Assembly (NCBI GenBank): GCA_021775875.1
Contig: JAJFHA010000011.1
Location: forward strand, 10,178-74,177
Direction of reading: 5' to 3'
DNA: 64,000 nt
Origin: Hyphomicrobiales bacterium
Lineage (GTDB): Bacteria > Pseudomonadota > Alphaproteobacteria > Rhizobiales > NORP267
The notes below the pieces were generated by a model. The model saw nothing but the letters and a program-made list of their open reading frames with translations, had not been told where the DNA came from and ran no database searches. Numbering within the stretch: position 1 is the first letter of the stretch; the number at the start of each line of letters is the position of its first letter. The translations under genes were made by a program, and so were the position numbers. Positions 1 to 7,449 of the stretch are shown piece by piece.

Positions 1-1
1 T

Positions 2-787
2 TCGGCTGGTTCGCTCGAAAGCCAGGCCCCGTCAGCAGCAAAGGGTGCGGTCGCGGGCAATGGCGAGAATGACGTGATGGAAGCCCGTCTGGCCTTCATC
101 CCGGAATATCGTGAATTGTTCGATACAGTATTTGGCGATGTATGGCCCAGGATAGACAATGCCTGGCGCGCGATAGCAGCCTTTGAACGCACACTCGTGC
201 AAACCGATACGCCATTGGATTTGTTTCTGCGAGGCGATGAAAATGCCCTGACCGAGCAGCAATTGCGGGGCAGAGAGCTATTCGAAGGCCGCGCTAATTG
301 TATCCAGTGCCACAACGGCGCCATGGCTACTGACGAGCGGTATTATAACCTTGGAGTTCCGCCTGCATTGCGCTGGGAAGAAGATGCTGCTGCTCAAATT
401 ACCTTCCGTTTTGAGCAGATTGCCAAAGGTGTGACCGAGGAACTTTATCGCGAGATCAAGGACGATGCCGGTCTCTATTATCGGACCAAAGAGGTGTCGG
501 ATATGGGCAAATTCCGCACCCCCAGTTTGCGCTATACCCTTTACACAGCGCCATACATGCATAACGGCGCTTTTTGGGATCTCACCGAAGTTGTCGAATT
601 CTACAACGAGGGCGGTGGCGAAAACGAATTTAGCGAAAATCGCACAGATTTGATCCAGCCGCTTGGTTTATCCGACGACGAAATTGAGGATCTAGTCGCC
701 TTCATCGAGGCGTTCAGCGGACCTGAGATCAGGATCGAAGTTCCCACATTGCCGCCGTACCAACCTTTGCCGAACCCGGCTGACTAA
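2..787 (+). CDS. Di-haem cytochrome c peroxidase / MauG family protein, C-terminal part (5' end lies outside the window)
   Basis: The frame is open from base 2, so the gene starts upstream of the window. It has the second haem motif CIQCHNG and the family-typical block FRTPSLRYTLYTAPYMHNGAFWDLTEVVEFYNEGGG. The stop lies 4 nt before the GGAGG of the next gene. Confidence 0.85.
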   Translation, partial: SAGSLESQAPSAAKGAVAGNGENDVMEARLAFIPEYRELFDTVFGDVWPRIDNAWRAIAAFERTLVQTDTPLDLFLRGDENALTEQQLRGRELFEGRANCIQCHNGAMATDERYYNLGVPPALRWEEDAAAQITFRFEQIAKGVTEELYREIKDDAGLYYRTKEVSDMGKFRTPSLRYTLYTAPYMHNGAFWDLTEVVEFYNEGGGENEFSENRTDLIQPLGLSDDEIEDLVAFIEAFSGPEIRIEVPTLPPYQPLPNPAD

Positions 788-804
788 ATTGGAGGTAATT
801 GCAG

Positions 805-1395
805 ATGAGTGAGAAGCAGAAAGTGTCAGCCGATCAACCACCGCAAGTGGATGCTGATCGCAAGAGCGGCGGTGGAAAATGCATGATGTCGCGCCGGGAT
901 TTCCTGCTCACCTCTGGGATGACCGTTGCAACGGTCATGGTCGTGATAAATGCGGGAACGTCCCAGGCGCATGAAATTCCTGGTGTAGTTTCTTCCTACC
1001 CGCGCAAATGGATTGCAAAATTAAGCGACCTCGTGGTCGATGAACCGGTCGATTTTCTCTACCCCGATGAAGGTGCCTATGCCGATTCCGTGATTGTGAA
1101 ACTCGGGGTCAGGGCCGGGAGTGGAATTGGCCCCACAGAAGATGTGGTTGCGTTCAACAACACCTGCACACATCAGGGCGGTCCGCTGTCGGGCACCTAC
1201 AAAGGCGACACGAAATCTCTGGGCGCCTGTCCGCTCCATCTATCGACTTACGATCTTACCCGTCACGGTATTCTCATCTCGGGACAGGCGTATCAGAGTT
1301 TACCGCAGGTTCTTCTCGAACTTGAAGGTGACGACATCTACGCGGTTGGCCTGTTCGGTCTGATTTTTGGTCGATACGACAATTTGCAAGGCTAG
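805..1395 (+). CDS. TAT-exported Rieske [2Fe-2S] small subunit of an AioB/IdrB-type molybdoenzyme
   Basis: GGAGG at 791-795 lies 9 nt before the ATG at 805. It has the twin-arginine motif SRRDFLL, the Rieske ligands CTH...CPLH, and a C-terminal block (QSLPQVLLELEGDDIYAVGLFGLIFGRYDN) that parallels my recollection of AioB. An alternative start at 883/886 (MMSRRDFLL) is possible. Confidence 0.85.
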   Translation: MSEKQKVSADQPPQVDADRKSGGGKCMMSRRDFLLTSGMTVATVMVVINAGTSQAHEIPGVVSSYPRKWIAKLSDLVVDEPVDFLYPDEGAYADSVIVKLGVRAGSGIGPTEDVVAFNNTCTHQGGPLSGTYKGDTKSLGACPLHLSTYDLTRHGILISGQAYQSLPQVLLELEGDDIYAVGLFGLIFGRYDNLQG

Positions 1396-1407
1396 GAGGT
1401 AGTTACC

Positions 1408-4083
1408 GTGTCAGCACCGTATTATATTCCCGAAATGGATGTCCCGCTGCCGCCGGCAAATGCGGAAATTGTCTCTACGGCCTGCGATTATTGTATCGTT
1501 GCATGCGGTTACAAGGTCTATCGTTGGCCTGTGGCAGGCAATTTAAACGGCGGTCCCGAGGCGGATAATAACGCTTTTGGCGAGGATTTCCCAGTCAATC
1601 CCCTTGGCCCTTGGGTTGCGCCCAACCAGCACAATATTGTGTTGCACAATAGCGAACCGCATCACGTTGTGATCATCCCGGACAAGGACACTCAGTCGGT
1701 TAATCTCAACGGAGATTCCAGCCTGCGTGGTGGCTGTATTGCCCAGAAATGCTACAATCCCCAAACCCCGACGCGCGATCGGTTGAGATCGCCTCTGATG
1801 CGGATCTACGGCATTCTTCAGCCAGTTCCATGGGATTTTGCGCTCGATGTAGCGGCGGAAATTGCTTCCTACGTGATCGAGAAGCACGGAGCCAGTTCGT
1901 ACGGCGTGAAAACCTTTTCCTATCAGTATATTGAGAACACTTACGCGATAACGAAGTACGCGCTCAGACACATCGGCACACCGAATTTTACCTTCCACGA
2001 CACGCCGTCTGATGTATCGTCGACGCCAGGTTTCCGGGATGCCGGTTTCGATAACTTTGCCGCATCCTACGAAGACTGGCGGGATGCTGAGACCTTGCTT
2101 ATCTGCGGCACCGACCCCTACGAGACCAAAACCATCCTGTGGACCCAATGGATTATGCCGGCCATTCAGGGCGGTCAGAAAACCATTCTGATGGTCCCAA
2201 GACGCACCGCAGGCGTAGCTTACGCGGAACAAAATGGCGGGATGTGGATCGATGTAACGCCTGGAACCGACCTTCTCGTTCTGAATGCCATCGCGCGTGT
2301 CATCGTGGAGAACGATTGGCAGGATAAGGAATGGATTGAAAACTGGGTGAACAATAAATGGGGATCCAGTTCCGGTTTCGGCCAGGGTACGCGGAATACC
2401 CCGTGGCAATGGCGCACCACCTGGGGCATGTTCCAGACCGACGGGTTTGAAGACTGGCGCAATTGGCTGCTGGCGCAGGACGAATTTACCGTTGAGAACG
2501 CTGCTGCAGTCTCGGGCGTGGATCCTGAAAAAATACGCACCGCTGCCGAGTGGATGGCCAAGCCAAAGGACGATGGCAGCCGTGTAAAAACCTCCGTCAT
2601 GATCGAAAAAGGACTGTATTGGTCAAACAATACAGGCACCACGCAATCCGTATCGGCGCTGGGTATTATTGTCGGTGCTGGCGGACGTCCGGGCCAGATG
2701 ATCAGCCGCGCTGGCGGCCATCAGCGTGGCGGCGTGCGCGGTGGCGGGTATCCACGAAATCTGTCGCCGATGAAATTACCCGGACGAAGGCGCCGGGCGC
2801 TGGATACCGATACCTGGCTCTATGCAGGTCATACCCGGATGGCGCACGTCATTGGAACGACCTGGATTCAGGCCATGTGCGGCTCCGAGCAGCTTAGCGT
2901 GGCATTTGAAAATCTGACTGTCGCCAATCCTCACCAGATACGGTCATACGACAAGGAAGACATCGTTGCGACCCTGAAAAAGCGCGCCGATAGCGGTGGA
3001 ATGGTGTTGATCAATCAGGATATCTATCTTGTGGACCCGATCGGCAATCGGTACGCAGATATAGTCTTTCCTGCGGCCACGTGGGGCGAAGAAACCTTCA
3101 TGCGCGCCAACGGTGAGCGGCGTTTGCGGCTCTATCCCAAATTTTACGACGCACCGGGTGAAGCTAAACCGGATTGGTGGATCATTGCGGAATTGTCAAA
3201 GCGTATGGGCTTTGACGGGTTCGATTGGGAAAACTCCAACGATGTGGCCGAAGAGGCTTCGCGCTTCTCCAGAGGCAGTCGCAAGGACTTCAACATGATC
3301 AAGGTTGCCGCCCACCGTGAAGGCAAAACCTTGCACGAAAAGTTGGGCGAGTTCGGTACTGACGGTATCCAGGGACCGGTGTTCATGCTGGATGATGGCA
3401 GTCTGGAAGGGACCGTACGGCTGCACGACACAACGCGCGAATTACCAGCCGAGGGACCGGCCGGCGGCAACATGTTCAACAAGAAATTGACCCACTTCAA
3501 CAGCCAGACGGGACGTTGCAACATTCAGAAGTCGCCCTGGTCGTTATTCTCGGACTATTGGGAGTGGCTGCAGCCCAAGGGTGATGAATTGTGGTGCACG
3601 TCCGGGCGGACCAACGAGCGTTGGCAGTCCGGTTTCGATGACCGCCGCAGACCTTATATCATGCAGCGTTGGCCCGAAAACTACGTTGAAATTCACCCCG
3701 ACGATGCCACCGAACGCGGCATTGAAAGCGGCGATATGGTCATGGCTTATTCCGACCGCGTGCCGAGTCTCAGGGAAACCACCATTGGCGTTGAGGCGTC
3801 GGACTATTCGTTCGCAGGCCAAATGGCGAATGGCAATGTGGAATTGTCCCGCGCCGCAGTTACCGGAGTAGCCATGGTGACGCGCCACATCAAAAAAGGC
3901 GTGATCTATATGGATTTCCTGCATCCGCAGCAACCGGCCAACGCCCTCCAGGGACGTATCGTTGACTGGATCAGTGGAAATTATAACTACAAAATGGGTG
4001 TCGCAAGCGTGCGCAAAATTGGCGTGTCGCCATACAAGGATAATTTGCGTTCGATGTCATTCGCACCCCGCGACATTATTTAG
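1408..4083 (+). CDS. Molybdopterin (DMSO-reductase superfamily) catalytic subunit with AioA/IdrA fold
   Basis: A GTG start follows AGGAGG (1394-1399). The N-terminus LPPANAEIVSTACDYCIVACGYKVYRWP matches the AioA-type C-x2-C-x3-C [3Fe-4S] motif region. Further blocks IIPDK, SSLRGG and AGGHQRGG line up by eye with AioA. It has no signal peptide of its own, consistent with hitch-hiking export on the TAT-Rieske partner. Confidence 0.9.
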   Translation: MSAPYYIPEMDVPLPPANAEIVSTACDYCIVACGYKVYRWPVAGNLNGGPEADNNAFGEDFPVNPLGPWVAPNQHNIVLHNSEPHHVVIIPDKDTQSVNLNGDSSLRGGCIAQKCYNPQTPTRDRLRSPLMRIYGILQPVPWDFALDVAAEIASYVIEKHGASSYGVKTFSYQYIENTYAITKYALRHIGTPNFTFHDTPSDVSSTPGFRDAGFDNFAASYEDWRDAETLLICGTDPYETKTILWTQWIMPAIQGGQKTILMVPRRTAGVAYAEQNGGMWIDVTPGTDLLVLNAIARVIVENDWQDKEWIENWVNNKWGSSSGFGQGTRNTPWQWRTTWGMFQTDGFEDWRNWLLAQDEFTVENAAAVSGVDPEKIRTAAEWMAKPKDDGSRVKTSVMIEKGLYWSNNTGTTQSVSALGIIVGAGGRPGQMISRAGGHQRGGVRGGGYPRNLSPMKLPGRRRRALDTDTWLYAGHTRMAHVIGTTWIQAMCGSEQLSVAFENLTVANPHQIRSYDKEDIVATLKKRADSGGMVLINQDIYLVDPIGNRYADIVFPAATWGEETFMRANGERRLRLYPKFYDAPGEAKPDWWIIAELSKRMGFDGFDWENSNDVAEEASRFSRGSRKDFNMIKVAAHREGKTLHEKLGEFGTDGIQGPVFMLDDGSLEGTVRLHDTTRELPAEGPAGGNMFNKKLTHFNSQTGRCNIQKSPWSLFSDYWEWLQPKGDELWCTSGRTNERWQSGFDDRRRPYIMQRWPENYVEIHPDDATERGIESGDMVMAYSDRVPSLRETTIGVEASDYSFAGQMANGNVELSRAAVTGVAMVTRHIKKGVIYMDFLHPQQPANALQGRIVDWISGNYNYKMGVASVRKIGVSPYKDNLRSMSFAPRDII

Positions 4084-4158
4084 GGCGCAATAAATTCGAT
4101 GCCGAATAACGGACGGGAATCGACAATGGGGAAGATATTGAAACTGTGAGTATTCGAA

Positions 4159-6471
4159 ATGCCTGTTCCTAATACCGGTCTGTCATCAAAAAACACAGGC
4201 CCGGCTGCCAAAGCGGGCATTGTTGAGGTATGCTCAAACCTGAGTGAAGTTTTGCAGAACGGGGTGGATGTACACCGATGTTTTGCTGCCAAGGCTCTTG
4301 GAGAAATCGCAGAACCGCAGTCAGTCGATAGTCTGGTCCAGGCCTTGCTGGATGAAGACGAAGATGTGCGTACCGATGTTGCGAACGCTTTGGCGCGCAT
4401 CGGCGATCCCGGATCAGCCGGTCAACTGATCGAGAACTTGCTGGGTGATCCCTGCTGCGCCGTGAAACTGGCCGCGATTGATGCTCTGGTCGGCATGAAA
4501 CATGAAGCGGTAATCCCATGGCTGCGCCGTCTGGTTCATTGCCGCGATGAAGAAATATCTTGGGATGAAACCAGCTATTATATGGACGGTTGGGACGACT
4601 GGGCAGATATCCAGGTCAAATGCGTGGAAGCCCTGGGGGTATTGCACGTCGTAGAGGCCGTTGCGGACATCACGTCGGTTATAGACGATGAAGAAGGCCA
4701 GGATCTTACTGAAGTTGGCTTCAAGGCACTGGCTAATCTGGGTGCCTTTGGCGCGGCCGCCCTTAAAAAATATTTCGATACGGGTGACAATCGTCAACGC
4801 AGGCGGGCTATCGTGCATCTTGCCGCAATGGAGGGTGACGGGGCCGATGCAACCCTCTCGCGGGCTTTGGCGGACCCATCGAGTGACGTCAGATTGGCTG
4901 CTGTAAAATCATTGGCTGGAAAAAATCCGGCCGACAATCGACTGGCAGCTTTGTTCCAGGATTGCTCTCCCGAGGTCGGCGCAGCGGTCGTGAGCTTGTG
5001 CGGCCGCTACCACTTAACGGAGATAACTGCCATCGTCATGGATGAGACCGCTCTTAACCGCACGGCGGTATTCGAGTTGTTGGCACGTGAACCGGGGCTT
5101 GTTTTAGATGAAGACTGCGTTGAAAGCCTGCGCAGCGCAGCCAAATGTGCCGATAGAGAACAGGCCGGCGCGGCAATCAGAGCATATGCCCAAATCGCAC
5201 CCGAACAAGCCATCAATGAAATCGTTGAATTGTTGGGAGATGCGGCACATGTGGTGGAGGTGCGTTTTGCCTCACTGAAGGCATTGGCGAAATTGCCCGT
5301 GACGGAGAAAAACATCCGTGTGCTGGCGAACGTTTTAAGTGACGATAATCGCCAGCTTCGCCTCGAGGCCATGACAGTATTGGCCAATAAAGCAGCGTCG
5401 GAAAACTGGCCGAATTTGGCTGGCAAATTTCTGCTGGAAGCCTTGAACGGGGCCTTTGTTCCCGAGCCGGAAGACGGACGCGTCGCAGGTCCGGAAATAG
5501 CATCCAATACCGAGCTTGATGAGGAATTGGAGCAAGCGGTCGACGAAGCTGGCCAATCATCCGCGGCAAGTTCAGAATCCCCCGCATCCCCCTCAATCTT
5601 GTTGGAACCGGACGATAGCGCGGAAAATGGTGATGCATCACAAACCAACGGCGACGCTGCCGAATTCCCTACCTCAACGCTCGAAGCAATTCTTGGCGCA
5701 AATTCGCCGGGTCTTGAAGCTGCCAATTCTGCCGAAGATGATGTGACTTTGACAGAAGAGGATCTGGAATTCCTCAGTCTGTCAAAACGGGGGCCGAAAA
5801 AACGCCGGGTTTCGGTTTTGCCTGACGTGCCATTGCATCAGGATATTCCGCGATTTGCGGCAAGGGTTTTAGGCGATATTGCCCACGAAGACGTCGCACA
5901 CGCTTTGTCAAAAAAGCTATTTAGCGACGATGCGGATCTAACCAGGGCCGCGGCCGATTCCCTGGTTCAAATCGGTGAGAAACTGGGCGGACTGCCCAAC
6001 CAGGTGGTGCAAAATCTTCTGGCGGCTTCTTCCGCGGTCGATCTCGAATGCCGACGATCCATCGTCAGGGCGTTGGGTCTCTCGGGCAGCGGCGACGTGG
6101 TGATGAAGTTGGTTTCATGTTTGCATGACGAGAGCGGTTTTATTCGGGCAGAGGCCATTCGCGCGCTTACCCAATTGGGCGAAGCAGGACAGGGCATGAC
6201 GGCGATGCTTCAGGATTCGGATTCGAATGTTCGACTGGCCGCTGCTCAGGCGATCGCTGATCTGGATGAAGACGCCGCTCTGGAAAAGCTGGTGGATTTT
6301 GCATTCGCATTCAACGGCCATCATCGCAGGGCTGTCGGAAAAATGCTGCGTAAAATGGATGTTGAAACTGCCAATGCCCGTTTCATTCAGGTTCTTGGGC
6401 ATCCCGACAGAAAAAATGAATGGCAGGTCGTGATCGAGTCCCTGGAAGAACTCAATCGCGCCCGCATGTGA
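4159..6471 (+). CDS. HEAT-repeat (PBS-lyase/EZ-HEAT-like) protein with a central acidic/Ser-rich linker
   Basis: Many repeats of the form DxxVRxxAAxALGxIGD occur (e.g. DEDEDVRTDVANALARIGDP, DSDSNVRLAAAQAIADLDED). An approximately 105-aa low-complexity acidic segment (about 5461-5780) is followed by the basic patch KRGPKKRR. There is no signal peptide or TM helix. Confidence 0.7.
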   Translation: MPVPNTGLSSKNTGPAAKAGIVEVCSNLSEVLQNGVDVHRCFAAKALGEIAEPQSVDSLVQALLDEDEDVRTDVANALARIGDPGSAGQLIENLLGDPCCAVKLAAIDALVGMKHEAVIPWLRRLVHCRDEEISWDETSYYMDGWDDWADIQVKCVEALGVLHVVEAVADITSVIDDEEGQDLTEVGFKALANLGAFGAAALKKYFDTGDNRQRRRAIVHLAAMEGDGADATLSRALADPSSDVRLAAVKSLAGKNPADNRLAALFQDCSPEVGAAVVSLCGRYHLTEITAIVMDETALNRTAVFELLAREPGLVLDEDCVESLRSAAKCADREQAGAAIRAYAQIAPEQAINEIVELLGDAAHVVEVRFASLKALAKLPVTEKNIRVLANVLSDDNRQLRLEAMTVLANKAASENWPNLAGKFLLEALNGAFVPEPEDGRVAGPEIASNTELDEELEQAVDEAGQSSAASSESPASPSILLEPDDSAENGDASQTNGDAAEFPTSTLEAILGANSPGLEAANSAEDDVTLTEEDLEFLSLSKRGPKKRRVSVLPDVPLHQDIPRFAARVLGDIAHEDVAHALSKKLFSDDADLTRAAADSLVQIGEKLGGLPNQVVQNLLAASSAVDLECRRSIVRALGLSGSGDVVMKLVSCLHDESGFIRAEAIRALTQLGEAGQGMTAMLQDSDSNVRLAAAQAIADLDEDAALEKLVDFAFAFNGHHRRAVGKMLRKMDVETANARFIQVLGHPDRKNEWQVVIESLEELNRARM

Positions 6472-6534
6472 AAAATGCTGCGGTACAACGTCGCCGCGTG
6501 ATTTGGTGCAAATTTGGAGATGGAGGATTTGGTG

Positions 6535-7269
6535 ATGAAGAATTTACTCAGAAGTTTTATTGTTGGTGCGGCGGTTCTGGCACTCGCTCCCGGCGCGCTG
6601 GCAAAGAATTATGAACCCGGTGATGTAGCCGATGGCGGCACGATTACAGGGCAGGTTTTGGCCGGTAATGCAGGAGCAGAAGTCCAATCTTATCCAATCA
6701 CCAAGAACACGGAAGTTTGCGGCGAGGGTAACCGCGACGTTGAATGGGTGCGGGTCAATGACGGCGCGTTGCTCGATACGGTTGTCTATCTAGTAGAAGT
6801 GGAATCCGGAAAGGCTTTCACAGAAGAATCCCAGACCCTGTCTCTCGACCAGGACGGCTGCCGCTTCGCGCCTTATATGAGCGCAATGGCCAATAGCGGC
6901 GATTTGCATGTTACCAATTCCGACCAGGCGCTCCACAACATTCATACCTATGAACTGATCGGCAGCGCCCGGCGGACAGTCATCAACGTAAGCCAACCCG
7001 AGGCGGGTACCGAGTTCACCAAGACAATCAGACTGCGCAGGGGCAATGCAATGAAAGTCGAATGCGATGCCCATGATTTTATGCACGCATGGGTGTTTGT
7101 CGCCAAAAATCCATATTACGCAATCGTCGACGAGAATGGCCAGTTCAGTCTGGATAATGTTCCTCCAGGTACCTACGAAATCAGGTCATGGAATGGCCGT
7201 CTTGGAGAACAGGAAGCGACCGTGGAAGTTGGTGCGAACGGCTCGGTTGAAGTAAATTTTTCCTACTAG
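6535..7269 (+). CDS. Secreted cupredoxin-like protein with a C-terminal carboxypeptidase-regulatory-like beta-sandwich
   Basis: GGAGGA lies 7 nt upstream of the ATG. It has the signal peptide MKNLLRSFIVGAAVLALAPGALA. The ligand pattern HNIH...C-D-A-H-D-F-M (C-x2-H-x2-M, the spacing seen in amicyanin) is present. The tail IVDENGQFSLDNVPPGTYEIRSWNGRLG is typical of CarboxypepD_reg-like domains. Confidence 0.6.
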   Translation: MKNLLRSFIVGAAVLALAPGALAKNYEPGDVADGGTITGQVLAGNAGAEVQSYPITKNTEVCGEGNRDVEWVRVNDGALLDTVVYLVEVESGKAFTEESQTLSLDQDGCRFAPYMSAMANSGDLHVTNSDQALHNIHTYELIGSARRTVINVSQPEAGTEFTKTIRLRRGNAMKVECDAHDFMHAWVFVAKNPYYAIVDENGQFSLDNVPPGTYEIRSWNGRLGEQEATVEVGANGSVEVNFSY

Positions 7270-7449
7270 AAACGTGTGAACGGTAATGAGGTTTCGATAC
7301 CGAATTGGAGAATTACGACGGATCGGCGTGTTTGACGCTTTCGTCTTTGCGGGAGGGCTGGTGAATGTAATCGTGGTTGCGATTTTGCTTACCTATTGGC
7401 TGCTCTATGGATGAACAGCGACGACAGATTGACGGGTTGGGGGATAGCC

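Noticed and set aside
1543-2409. A 288-aa minus-strand ORF, and several other ORFs of 60-140 aa, lie antisense to the molybdopterin subunit gene.
   Set aside because: They lie fully inside a confidently identified gene on the other strand. They are Arg/Pro/Gly-rich translations with no recognisable motifs, which is typical of shadow ORFs.
2-4083. The locus could be annotated simply as arsenite oxidase aioBA.
   Set aside because: The fold-level homology is clear. However, the adjacent peroxidase, the lack of aioXSR/ars neighbours and the apparent active-site substitution make a straightforward AioBA call unsafe. It is kept as Aio/Idr-family pending phylogeny.
5007-5726. A 239-aa minus-strand ORF lies antisense to the HEAT-repeat gene.
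   Set aside because: It has the Ser/Ala-rich low-complexity mirror composition of the acidic linker on the sense strand. It has no start context and no motifs.
7332-7345. An FNR-like half-match TTGAC-GCTT-TCGTC lies upstream of the USP gene.
   Set aside because: Only the left half-site resembles the consensus and the right half is poor. It is not comparable to the perfect box at 17692-17705.
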